Of a stretch of 64,000 nt of DNA, positions 49,820 to 58,875 are shown piece after piece. The position numbers and the translations under genes were made by a program. The stretch covers positions 4,858 through 68,857 of the forward strand of contig JBDRJN010000005.1 in assembly GCA_043814965.1 (NCBI GenBank). The letters run 5' to 3'. Origin of the DNA: Candidatus Omnitrophota bacterium. GTDB lineage: Bacteria; Omnitrophota; Gorgyraeia; Gorgyraeales; Gorgyraeaceae. Under the pieces are notes generated by a model, which saw only the letters and a list, made by a program, of their open reading frames with translations, searched no databases and had not been told where the DNA came from. How positions within the stretch are numbered: the first letter of the stretch is position 1; each line of letters begins with the position of its first letter.

Positions 49820-50755
49820 TTAATTTTTAATTTTACTAAAGTATTCTATAGTCCTTTTAAGCCCTTCTTCAAACCCTACCTTAGGATCAAAACCTATCAG
49901 TTTTTTTGCCTTAGTTATGTCTGCAAGCGTATCTTTGACATCTCCTGGCCTAGTAGGTGTAAATTTTGGCTTTATATCCTTTCCCATCAATTTATTTAGT
50001 ATTTTTATTATATCTAAGACGCTGTTTGAGTTGCCGCAGGCTATATTTAACACTTCACATCTTATGCCTTTAGCTGCGGCTGATCTTATATTGGCCTGCA
50101 CTACATTCTCTACATAAGTAAAGTCTCTTGTCTGTAAGCCATCTCCATGCACAGGAGGCTCTTCCCCCTTTAACATACACGTAATAAATTTAGGTATTAC
50201 AACTGCGTATTCATTTTCAAGGCTTTGACGTGGGCCAAACACATTAAAATACCTGAGGCCTACTGTCTTTAGGCCATAAGCCTCACTAAATATCCTGCAA
50301 TAATACTCTCCCGCAAGCTTTGTAAGGGCGTATGGGGATATAAGAAGCGGCAAAAGATCCTCTTTTTCAGGAAGCTTGTCGGTTTCCCCGTAAATAGAGC
50401 TTGAGGAAGCAAAGACAACCCTTTTGACCTTTGCGCCCCTGGCCTCTTCTAATATATTCAATGTCCCGTTTATATTGACATCATTATAGATGTGAGGATT
50501 ACCTAGAGACTTAGGGACGCTTCTTAACGCTGCCTGGTGAAGCACGTAATCTACGCCTTTTACTGCTTTTTTCACTAAGCCCTTATCTCTTATATCCCCT
50601 CTTATTAGCTCTATTTTATTTCTTACAGCTTCAAGGTTTTCTTCCCTGCCTGAACTAAAATCATCTATGACTACCACATCATTATTATCTTTAATAAGCG
50701 CGTCGACTATATGTGACCCTATAAAACCAGCTCCTCCTGTGACTAAGAACTTCAT
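49820..50755 (-). CDS. NAD-dependent nucleotide-sugar epimerase (UDP-hexose/UDP-HexNAc 4-epimerase family, WbpP/Gne-like)
   Basis: 'MKFLVTGGAGFIGSHIVDAL', 'VLHQAALRSVPKS', 'FASSSSIYGE' and 'YALTK'. Confidence 0.65.
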   Translation of the reverse strand: MKFLVTGGAGFIGSHIVDALIKDNNDVVVIDDFSSGREENLEAVRNKIELIRGDIRDKGLVKKAVKGVDYVLHQAALRSVPKSLGNPHIYNDVNINGTLNILEEARGAKVKRVVFASSSSIYGETDKLPEKEDLLPLLISPYALTKLAGEYYCRIFSEAYGLKTVGLRYFNVFGPRQSLENEYAVVIPKFITCMLKGEEPPVHGDGLQTRDFTYVENVVQANIRSAAAKGIRCEVLNIACGNSNSVLDIIKILNKLMGKDIKPKFTPTRPGDVKDTLADITKAKKLIGFDPKVGFEEGLKRTIEYFSKIKN

Positions 50756-50773
50756 CTATTTTTCCTTTCTTAT

Positions 50774-52114
50774 TTAGAGCCCGACTACTTTTTGACTCTT
50801 TTTGAACTTTTTAAGAGTATTGCGTGTATCTACTATCAAATTAGAATTATCCATTATAAATCCGTAATCTATCGACGAGTGATCAGTGACTATAGCGACG
50901 CAATCGCTTGAAGCAAGCGCTTCTTTAGAAAGCTCTATAGAAGCTAGCTTCAGATCATCCACCTCAAAAGACTTGACCAGCGGATCGTAATAGCTCACTT
51001 TTGCATCTTTTTCTATTAAAGATTTTATGATCGTAAGCGCTGGAGATTCTCTCAGATCATTGATATCCTTTTTATACGTTACCCCTATTATTAGAATTTT
51101 AGAGCCTTTTAATGGTTTTTTCTTTTCATTAAGTACCTGGGTTATACGGTCGACTACGTAATGCGGCATATATAGGTTTATCTCATGAGCGAGTTCAATT
51201 AGTCTTGCCTCAAATCCATGGCTTCTAGCTTTCCAGGATAGATATATCGGATCGCAAGGCAAGCAGTGCCCGCCCAGGCCTGGCCCAGGATAAAACGGCA
51301 TAAAACCAAATGGCTTTGTCTTCGCAGCCTCGATAACTTCCCATATATCAAGGTTCATCTTATTGCACATAAGCGCAAATTCATTGATAAGCGCTATATT
51401 TACAGCTCTGAATGTATTTTCAAGGAGCTTTACCATCTCAGCTGAGCGGGTATTGGATACAGCTATCACATCTCTTATTATTGAAGAATAAAGGAGTTTT
51501 GCCAGTTCCGTACAAGTATCAGTGATGCCCCCTACTACCTTAGGGATGTCTTTGGTCTTATATTTAGCATTGCCTGGGTCCACTCTCTCAGGTGAAAACG
51601 CAAGAAAGAAATCCTTTCCAACCTTCAGTCCATCTGCGCCGAGCCTAGTATAGATGATCTCTTCAGTAGTCCCTGGATAAGTAGTGCTTTCAAGGACGAT
51701 CAATTGTCCTCTTCTCAAATTAACCTTTATATCATCTGTTGCCGCAAGGATAAAAGATATATCAGGCTCTTTGGTCTTTCGAAGGGGTGTAGGGACACAT
51801 ATGATGATGACATCCATTTCTTTTAATAGACTTTTATCTAAAGTAACTGTGAGTCTGTCTGAATCTAATAGGTCTTTGACATCCGAGGACGGCACATCGA
51901 GTATATAAGAAATGCCTTTTTTTATACTTGAAACCCTTCCCTTGTCAGTATCAAAGCCTGTTACCTTAAAACCGACTTTACCAAATTCAACTGCCAGAGG
52001 CAGGCCTACATAACCGAAACCTATTATTCCGATATTAGCTGTTTTATTGGTAAGCCTTCTTCTTAGTTCTTGCATGTCTTTTCCTTTGTTATCTATTTTT
52101 TTATGCTCTTCCAC
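50774..52114 (-). CDS. Nucleotide-sugar dehydrogenase, UDP-N-acetyl-D-mannosamine/glucosamine dehydrogenase family (WecC/WbpA/Cap5O-like)
   Basis: 'ANIGIIGFGYVGLPLAVEFGKVGFKVTGFDTD', catalytic 'GFMPFYPGPGLGGHCLPCDPIYL' and a C-terminal UDP-binding domain. Confidence 0.75.
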   Translation of the reverse strand: MEEHKKIDNKGKDMQELRRRLTNKTANIGIIGFGYVGLPLAVEFGKVGFKVTGFDTDKGRVSSIKKGISYILDVPSSDVKDLLDSDRLTVTLDKSLLKEMDVIIICVPTPLRKTKEPDISFILAATDDIKVNLRRGQLIVLESTTYPGTTEEIIYTRLGADGLKVGKDFFLAFSPERVDPGNAKYKTKDIPKVVGGITDTCTELAKLLYSSIIRDVIAVSNTRSAEMVKLLENTFRAVNIALINEFALMCNKMNLDIWEVIEAAKTKPFGFMPFYPGPGLGGHCLPCDPIYLSWKARSHGFEARLIELAHEINLYMPHYVVDRITQVLNEKKKPLKGSKILIIGVTYKKDINDLRESPALTIIKSLIEKDAKVSYYDPLVKSFEVDDLKLASIELSKEALASSDCVAIVTDHSSIDYGFIMDNSNLIVDTRNTLKKFKKSQKVVGL

Positions 52115-53049
52115 CAGGAGGCATTAGATGTATACCACTCCACTGTCTCTTTTATGGCGACATCAAAACTCTTCTTGGGTTTAAACCCAAGTTTTTTGAT
52201 CTTAGAGCAATCCAGGGAATAACGCCTATCATGCCCCAGCCTATCCTCAACAAGTTCTATCATATCGTCATCTTTGTTGAGAAGTTTCAGTATTGTACGG
52301 GTAAGCCGTATGTTGGGTATCTCATATTCTCCGCCTATATTATAGATCTCGCCTATCTTGCCTTTATGTAATATAAGGTCTATCGCCTTACAATTATCCA
52401 AGACATACAGCCAATCCCTTACATTAAGCCCATCCCCATAAAGCGGGACTTTTTTACCCTCCAGTAGATTTGTAATAAAAAGCGGGATGATTTTCTCCGG
52501 GTATTGATATGGCCCAAAATTATTACTGCTTCTTGTAATGACAATTGGAAGCTTAAACGTAGAGTAATAGGATAGAGCTAAAAGGTCTCCTGCGGCCTTG
52601 GACGCAGAATAAGGGCTGTTAGGATGCAAAGCATCTTCTTCCTTAAAAGACCCCTCTAGTATACTGCCATACACTTCATCAGTAGATACTTGGACAAACT
52701 TATCAATACCATTCCTCCTGGCTGATTCCAAAAGGATATATACACCTTTTACATTTGTAGATATAAAATCCGATGCATCAGCGATGGACCTGTCTACATG
52801 AGTATCAGCAGCAAAATTCACTATTACACTGGAGCTTTTGACAAGCTGATTCACTATACTTTCATCGCATATATCACCCTTTACGAATTTATAGTTAGGG
52901 TTATTTTCTATGTCAGTAAGGTTATCCAGGTTCCCGCAATAGGTAAGCTTGTCTAGATTGATGATCTTATAACCAGGATATCGGCCAAGTATATGCCTGA
53001 TAAAATTAGACCCTATAAAACCGCATCCCCCTGTAACTAGAATATTCAT
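52093..53049 (-). CDS. rmlB: dTDP-glucose 4,6-dehydratase
   Basis: 'MNILVTGGCGFIGSNFIRHIL', 'VNFAADTHVDRS', 'FVQVSTDEVYG' and 'YSASKAAGD'. Confidence 0.8.
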   Translation of the reverse strand: MNILVTGGCGFIGSNFIRHILGRYPGYKIINLDKLTYCGNLDNLTDIENNPNYKFVKGDICDESIVNQLVKSSSVIVNFAADTHVDRSIADASDFISTNVKGVYILLESARRNGIDKFVQVSTDEVYGSILEGSFKEEDALHPNSPYSASKAAGDLLALSYYSTFKLPIVITRSSNNFGPYQYPEKIIPLFITNLLEGKKVPLYGDGLNVRDWLYVLDNCKAIDLILHKGKIGEIYNIGGEYEIPNIRLTRTILKLLNKDDDMIELVEDRLGHDRRYSLDCSKIKKLGFKPKKSFDVAIKETVEWYTSNASWWKSIKK

Positions 53050-53056
53050 ATCGACC

Positions 53057-53779
53057 TTATCTAGCCTCTTTTTCTGCTACTAAGTTACTGGCTTTAAGTA
53101 AAGATTCATATATACCGCAATCAGTCCACCAGCCGTCCATCATGGAAAACGTCATCTCTCCCTTGGATATATACACATTATTCACATCTGTGATCTCAAG
53201 CTCTCCCCTACTAGACGGCTTTAAAGTCTTTATTATATCAAAGACTTTTTCATCATACATATATATTCCTGTAACTGCGTATTTAGAAATTGGGGTTTTT
53301 GGTTTTTCAACTATATTGACTACCTTGTCTTCTTTTACTTCAGCTACGCCAAATCGTTCCGGGTTATTTACTTCCTTAAGGAGTATCTTTGCGCCTTTTG
53401 GCTGTTTCTTAAAATCATCCACATGCTTTTTTATATTTTTTTCTACTATATTATCTCCCAGCATGACTATTATCTTATCCCCATCAACAAAATGTTCTGC
53501 TAATCTCAGCGCCTCTGCAATACCACCCTCGCCTTTCTGGTATGCATAATTGATATATTTAAGCCCGAATTCTTCACCATTCCCCAAAAGCCTTAAAAAA
53601 TCGCCAGCATGCTTTCCTCCTGTAACTATTAATATATCCTGGATGCCAGCTTCTACCAAGGTAGATATAGGATAGTATATCATTGGTTTATTGTATATAG
53701 GGAGAAGGTGTTTATTTGTTATCCTCGTCAATGGTTCAAGCCTTTTACCAAGTCCGCCAGCTAATATTATGCCTTTCAT
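53057..53779 (-). CDS. rmlA: Sugar-1-phosphate nucleotidyltransferase, short-form glucose-1-phosphate thymidylyltransferase-like
   Basis: 'MKGIILAGGLGKRLEPLTRITNKHLLPIYNKPMIYYPISTLVEAGIQDILIV' and 'MLGDNI'. 240 aa. Confidence 0.65.
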   Translation of the reverse strand: MKGIILAGGLGKRLEPLTRITNKHLLPIYNKPMIYYPISTLVEAGIQDILIVTGGKHAGDFLRLLGNGEEFGLKYINYAYQKGEGGIAEALRLAEHFVDGDKIIVMLGDNIVEKNIKKHVDDFKKQPKGAKILLKEVNNPERFGVAEVKEDKVVNIVEKPKTPISKYAVTGIYMYDEKVFDIIKTLKPSSRGELEITDVNNVYISKGEMTFSMMDGWWTDCGIYESLLKASNLVAEKEAR

Positions 53780-53863
53780 AATTCCTCCGATTTTTCTGTC
53801 GAATCACATGTTCGAAAAATCGTCCCGAGCCACCCTCGTTTTACATGTATGTGGCGAGGGACT

Positions 53864-54310
53864 TCATTTTTTCCAATCATACGGTATATCGTTTTTGAAA
53901 GCATCAAGCCTGTATTCATCAGGTTCTTTATAGTTATAAGGCATAGTAGGGACATTTATCACTATTGCCTCTTTATCGCCTACACATTTAAATCCATGAT
54001 ATACAAGTTTAGGTATCTTGACCAGCATTGGTTCTTCAATGCTTATAGTAAATTCATCTATCTCTTTATAGGTAGGCGAGGTTTCCCTTGAATCGAAAAG
54101 AGCAAGGCGCATCACGCCATTTATACATGTAAAATGGTCATCCTGCAGTTTATGATAATGCCATGCCTTGGCAATACCCGGATAGGCTGTAGTCATGTAT
54201 ACCTGCCCGAATCTCTCAAATATCGTCTCGTCAGACCGCAGGATCTCCATTAAACGGCCCCTATCATCCGGTATTACTTTAAGTTTTTTTACCACAACGC
54301 CTTTTATCAC
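53864..54310 (-). CDS. RmlC-like cupin: dTDP-sugar 3,5-epimerase or 3,4-ketoisomerase (FdtA/WxcM-like)
   Basis: 148 aa. 'VIPDDRGRLMEILRSDE...FGQVYMTTAYPGIAKAWHYHKLQDDHFTCINGVMRLALFD' matches the RmlC-fold His/Lys region. The short length favours a ketoisomerase. Confidence 0.55.
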   Translation of the reverse strand: MIKGVVVKKLKVIPDDRGRLMEILRSDETIFERFGQVYMTTAYPGIAKAWHYHKLQDDHFTCINGVMRLALFDSRETSPTYKEIDEFTISIEEPMLVKIPKLVYHGFKCVGDKEAIVINVPTMPYNYKEPDEYRLDAFKNDIPYDWKK

Positions 54311-54313
54311 GTA

Positions 54314-55603
54314 TTACCTCCCCATAGAGATATACTTAAAACCCAGCTTTTCCATTTTTATCAGCTCAAACATATTCCTGCCGTCTATTATAAAAGGTCT
54401 TCTCATAAGACCTTTTATACGCTTTAGGTCCATATTTTTGAACTCATCCCATTCTGTGACTATTAAAAGCATGTCAGTATCTTTTGCTGTCTCATAAGAG
54501 CTATCACAGAATTCAATGCCTTTTAATATATTCACTGCCTTAGGCATTGCTTTAGGGTCATAAGCCTTTACTATAGCCTTTTCCTTCTTCAGAAAATTTA
54601 TGATATCTATTGACGGGGCTTTTCTCATGTCATCTGTATTGGGTTTAAATGAAAGGCCTAGTACGCCTATTTTTTTACCTTTCAGGCTTTTAACACTGTT
54701 TTTGACCTTATTTATAAAACTCTTTTTTCTCTCTATATTGACTCTTTTTGCTGCCTTTAATATGCTGAAGTCATATCCCAGCTTATCCCCTATATGTATA
54801 AAAGCATCCACATCCTTCGGAAAACAATTACCCCCGTATCCTATGCCGCTATTCAAAAAACTCCTTCCGATCCTTTTATCAAGCCCCATCCCATGCGCAA
54901 CCTCTTCTATGTCAGCGCCTGTTGCCTCGCATATATCTGCTATAGAGTTTATAAAAGAGATCTTTGCCGCTAAAAACGAGTTTGAAGCGTGTTTTATGAT
55001 CTCAGCGCTTTCTATGTCTGTGACCATCTTTTCACCAGGCACATCTTTATAGAGTTTTAGAAGCAACTCCTTCGCCCTCTTAGAGTCTACGCCTATCACG
55101 ACCCTGTCTGGATGCATGAAGTCTTTGATAGCTGAGCCTTCCCTCAAGAATTCAGGATTACTCGCAATATCAAATTTTATACCTTTTTTAGCATTAGCTG
55201 TTATACTGCGTTTTACCCATTTTCCTGTCTCAACCGGGACTGTACTTTTTTGTACTATCAGCCTGTAGCTTGTCATATGCCTGGCTACTTCTCTAGTAAC
55301 AAGTTTTACATATGACAGGTCTGTCTCTCCGTTTGATTGGGATGGCGTACCTACACATATAAAGATAACCAGTGACTTTTTTACCCCTTCTTCTATATTG
55401 GTAGTAAAAGTAAGCCTTTTTGCCAAGACGTTCTTTTTGACCAGACCCTCTAATCCCAATTCATAAAAAGGCATCTTAAGGTTTTTTAACAGCTCTATCT
55501 TTCCTTTATCATTATCCACGCAAAAGACCTTGTGCCCCAACTCGGAAAAACACGCGCCTGTCACTAGCCCGACATATCCTGCTCCTATGACACATATATT
55601 CAT
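54314..55603 (-). CDS. ugd: UDP-glucose 6-dehydrogenase
   Basis: 'MNICVIGAGYVGLVTGACFSELGHKVFCVDND', 'GGNCFPKDV' (catalytic Cys) and a C-terminal UDP-binding domain. Confidence 0.8.
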   Translation of the reverse strand: MNICVIGAGYVGLVTGACFSELGHKVFCVDNDKGKIELLKNLKMPFYELGLEGLVKKNVLAKRLTFTTNIEEGVKKSLVIFICVGTPSQSNGETDLSYVKLVTREVARHMTSYRLIVQKSTVPVETGKWVKRSITANAKKGIKFDIASNPEFLREGSAIKDFMHPDRVVIGVDSKRAKELLLKLYKDVPGEKMVTDIESAEIIKHASNSFLAAKISFINSIADICEATGADIEEVAHGMGLDKRIGRSFLNSGIGYGGNCFPKDVDAFIHIGDKLGYDFSILKAAKRVNIERKKSFINKVKNSVKSLKGKKIGVLGLSFKPNTDDMRKAPSIDIINFLKKEKAIVKAYDPKAMPKAVNILKGIEFCDSSYETAKDTDMLLIVTEWDEFKNMDLKRIKGLMRRPFIIDGRNMFELIKMEKLGFKYISMGR

Positions 55604-55643
55604 GTATTTTTCTCCATCATATTTCTCATCTCTTCAAGCTATA

Positions 55644-57830
55644 TCAATGTACTTTGGGTATAGCGTAATAATCCTTAAAATCAAAAGGCACTTTAGGAGA
55701 GGCCTTTAACTTAAAAGAACACCACGCTGTTATTTCGCCGCCCCTTCCGCTATCCAGGCTCACTTCAGCTACCCAGCAGTGCAGGTCCTTTATTATAGAT
55801 ATGCCCCTGGTATCAAACCTATTTATTATCTTGTGGCCATTTGACTCTACTTCTTTAAGGTCGAACCTCGCAAAAAGCCTGACTGACCACGCGTTATTTA
55901 GTTTCTGCAGCAGCTCTGAAGTAAGTTCATGTTCTGTATCCTGCCAATATCTTGAGCCAAAACCAAATCTCGTATCTTCTTTTTTGTCAATAAATAGATC
56001 CAGGTTCCAATCCTCAAAATCTCTGGTAGAAGGATTGTAAGCTGTATCGGATTCAAGCATGAACCCATCGAGCGGCGTAAATTCAAGGTCAGCTTTAACT
56101 GTCTGGAACCTGCTGCCATCCTCAGGCTTATACGCATAATCCCCTGTCAATAAAAGATAACCCAGGTCTACTGTCTTTAATTTGCCGTCTATCTCCCGCT
56201 TTGTCTGAAACCTGTTCTGCAGCCCCAAGCCAAAGTTATTTTTCTTCGAGATACTGTCTATATCGTCGAACTGCTGGAGATCGCTAGACGTTATTGAAGG
56301 CTCATGCATATATTCATATTCTATGGTAGGGGTTATTATATGATGCAGTTTATTTAATTCTATGCCGAAGAATTTCCCAGCCGCATCAAATGTCTTCATG
56401 AATTTTGCGCTTAGGTCCACTCCTGTTGTAAAGGCTGTCCTGATGTCATCTCTTGAAGTTCCGGAATTATCTCTACTATAAAATGTATTCCTTGCCCCGA
56501 CAAAAGGCGCAAAGCTAAATATATTAGCTATTCTTAGAGGTGAGGATAATTTGTTAAGAGTATCAAGCCTTATAGTATCGCTATCTACCCCCGTATTGGC
56601 TGTTTTACTATTCAAGCTGGATACTGTTGAATCTGTCTTAAAATATACCGGCAGGCCCAGTAGTTCCTGGTCTTTAAGGTCGAACCTTACTTCAGGCAGC
56701 CTCTCTGTAGCGCTCTGGAATCTATTGATCCTCTTACGCGCCAAAAAACTTAAAGAGTACTCACTCTCTCTATTAAGTAAGTATAGATACGACTCTGGCG
56801 AAGATTCTCTCTCGTATTCTTCCCTGTAGAAGAAATCCTTTGTCATGTCCTGGTCGCTGTATCTATGTATCTCGGAGACCATCGTAAGGTTATCCTCTAT
56901 ATCCCAAAGATGCCTGATCTGAACTCTATACCTTTCCTCTTCCCGCCTTGTACCTGCTTCATTTCTATCTCTATCTCTTTGATTTGTGTAATAAGTCCTT
57001 ATAAGGCCTTTTCCAAGATCCTGGGAATTATATTTTAGGTCGATCCCCTCGCCAAGGCCCCAGTTCTCCCTCTCATCGATAAAAAGCGTTGCCCTCAAGT
57101 CTTCATCTAGATCATATCTATAGCTTGTAAGAGCGAATGCCCCCCATTCTTTCTTTCTTCCCGGGATCACGTTTACAGTAGGCCAGTCAGCATCGAGGGA
57201 ATAGTTGTACCTGGGTAAATAAAATACCGGGATATTCCCTGCTTTAAATACTACGTTTTTAGCAACAACCTGGTTGTCAGGCGTTATTGTGACTTTCTTG
57301 GAACTTATTTTGTAGTGCGGCTCTTCAAGATCACAGCTTGTTATATAGCCTTCTTTGATGCTGATAGAGCCGTCAGGAAGAAGCCTTCCTTCATCACCTC
57401 CGCTATACCATTCTCCGGACCTTACCCTTGCGTCTATGATCTCTCCTTCTTTAGTCTCGAAATTATATTTTACTCTTTCTCCTTTCATCTCGCTGGTAGG
57501 ACTGGTCAACACCACATTGCCCTCTGCCAATACATCTTTTGTGTCAGTATGTACCACTATACTGTCGCATCTTAAAGATATATCATTATAATCTATATTG
57601 ATATTGCCTTTTCCTACGACCTTTTTCTCGCTGAATAGATATTCTACTTCATCACCATTGACTTCAATAGGCCCTGCCTTTTCCTCTGCATAAATGATCT
57701 TATAAAATAATAATGAGCAGAAAAAGGCAAAAATTAAAATGTAAAAATTAAAATTACAATGCAAAATACAAGATTTTGAATTTTCATATATAATTTTGAT
57801 ATTTGATTTTTGATATTTGATTTTAAACAT
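55644..57830 (-). CDS. lptD: LPS-assembly outer-membrane protein LptD (OstA N-terminal domain + beta-barrel)
   Basis: The OstA-like N-terminal domain contains 'IEVNGDEVEYLFSEKKVVGKGNINIDYNDISLRCDSIVVHTDTKDVLAEGNVVLTSP' and 'VKYNFETKEGEIIDARV'. A long beta-barrel region rich in aromatic-ended strands follows. The N-terminus before the signal peptide is unusually long and the 5' end is uncertain. Confidence 0.7.
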   Translation of the reverse strand: MFKIKYQKSNIKIIYENSKSCILHCNFNFYILIFAFFCSLLFYKIIYAEEKAGPIEVNGDEVEYLFSEKKVVGKGNINIDYNDISLRCDSIVVHTDTKDVLAEGNVVLTSPTSEMKGERVKYNFETKEGEIIDARVRSGEWYSGGDEGRLLPDGSISIKEGYITSCDLEEPHYKISSKKVTITPDNQVVAKNVVFKAGNIPVFYLPRYNYSLDADWPTVNVIPGRKKEWGAFALTSYRYDLDEDLRATLFIDERENWGLGEGIDLKYNSQDLGKGLIRTYYTNQRDRDRNEAGTRREEERYRVQIRHLWDIEDNLTMVSEIHRYSDQDMTKDFFYREEYERESSPESYLYLLNRESEYSLSFLARKRINRFQSATERLPEVRFDLKDQELLGLPVYFKTDSTVSSLNSKTANTGVDSDTIRLDTLNKLSSPLRIANIFSFAPFVGARNTFYSRDNSGTSRDDIRTAFTTGVDLSAKFMKTFDAAGKFFGIELNKLHHIITPTIEYEYMHEPSITSSDLQQFDDIDSISKKNNFGLGLQNRFQTKREIDGKLKTVDLGYLLLTGDYAYKPEDGSRFQTVKADLEFTPLDGFMLESDTAYNPSTRDFEDWNLDLFIDKKEDTRFGFGSRYWQDTEHELTSELLQKLNNAWSVRLFARFDLKEVESNGHKIINRFDTRGISIIKDLHCWVAEVSLDSGRGGEITAWCSFKLKASPKVPFDFKDYYAIPKVH

Positions 57831-57835
57831 TCGAT

Positions 57836-58744
57836 TTATATTAATAATGAGGCCCCTATAATACCTGCGTTGTCACCCAGCCTTGCCTTAACGATCCTTA
57901 CGTGTCTTGCCTGGTCTCTCATGGCCCTTCTTTTTACTGTTAAACGCAATGGCTTAAATATAAAACTACCTGCCTTGCTTACACCGCCTCCGATCACGAT
58001 CTTATCAGGATTCAACAAATTCACTACGCCTGTAAGAGCTGTCCCCAGCTTTTCCGCAAGATCCTTCCAAATACCTTGAGCGTTTTTATTGCCTTTCCTG
58101 GCTAGATCGGTCAATCCTTCAAGTGTTATATCTTTACCAAATACTTTCCTTGATATATCTAAGATATATCTATTGCCTATATATCTTTCAAGGCATCCAT
58201 AGCCTCCACAATTGCACTTTGGCCCTGTCTCATTGATAGGCATATGCCCTATCTCACCTGCGCACATAGTAGAGCCCCTGTATATCTCGTTATTTATAAT
58301 AATACCTCCGCCTACGCCTGTTCCAAGCGTAAGGCAGACCAGGTTCCTGGCGCCTCTCCCAGCCCCAAATCTATGCTCCGCAAGGGTCATCACATTTACG
58401 TCGTTATCCAGCCTTACTTTTAGCCCTGTACGCTTCTTGAGTATAGAGGCTAGTGCTACATTGTCCCAGCCTTTTATATTGGGAAAATAATGGACTATCC
58501 CTTTTTCTGAATCTACTGGGCCTGGGACTCCTATTCCAAAACCAGCTATCTCATGCCTTTTGATCCCGGAAAGCCCCATGACATTAGACACACCCTGATC
58601 TATCGCGCTAAGAAGTCTCTCTCTATTGGAACTGACCGGCGTATCTATCTCTCTCCTAAAAGAGACTTTGCCAGTATCGCTCACTAAGCCTATTTTGATA
58701 CGTGTTCCGCCTAGATCGATCCCAATTTTAACTCGCTTATTCAT
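57836..58744 (-). CDS. ROK-family sugar kinase (glucokinase / N-acetylhexosamine kinase-like)
   Basis: 'KIGIDLGGTRIKIGLV', 'GTGVGGGII' and the zinc motif 'CNCGGYGCLERY'. Confidence 0.8.
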   Translation of the reverse strand: MNKRVKIGIDLGGTRIKIGLVSDTGKVSFRREIDTPVSSNRERLLSAIDQGVSNVMGLSGIKRHEIAGFGIGVPGPVDSEKGIVHYFPNIKGWDNVALASILKKRTGLKVRLDNDVNVMTLAEHRFGAGRGARNLVCLTLGTGVGGGIIINNEIYRGSTMCAGEIGHMPINETGPKCNCGGYGCLERYIGNRYILDISRKVFGKDITLEGLTDLARKGNKNAQGIWKDLAEKLGTALTGVVNLLNPDKIVIGGGVSKAGSFIFKPLRLTVKRRAMRDQARHVRIVKARLGDNAGIIGASLLI

Positions 58745-58799
58745 AGATAGTTATGATATCTTATTTCAGGTATGATTGCAAGAGGAAATTTAGAACATC

Positions 58800-58841
58800 T
58801 TTCTTCCGTAGGGGAGCCTTAAGGCTCCCCTACGGAAGAAA
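58800..58841. repeat. Perfect 42-nt palindrome 'TTTCTTCCGTAGGGGAGCC-TTAA-GGCTCCCCTACGGAAGAAA'
   Basis: A 19-bp perfect stem with a TTAA centre. It shares the core CGTAGGnGAnCC-TTAA-GGnTCnCCTACG with the 48614-48651 palindrome. It lies between the GGDEF gene stop and the ROK kinase start. Confidence 0.75.
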
Positions 58842-58875
58842 AACAAGGAAGAAAAACAAGTAGGCAAGGCTGACT

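Noticed and set aside
53795-53870. Hairpin CCCTCG-N16-CGAGGG in the 85-nt gap between the cupin gene and rmlA, considered as an intrinsic terminator
   Set aside because: The stem is only 6 bp with a 16-nt loop. On the transcribed (minus) strand the nearest T-run is weak and displaced by about 12 nt. It is more likely a weak or incidental structure, and read-through into rmlA is expected.
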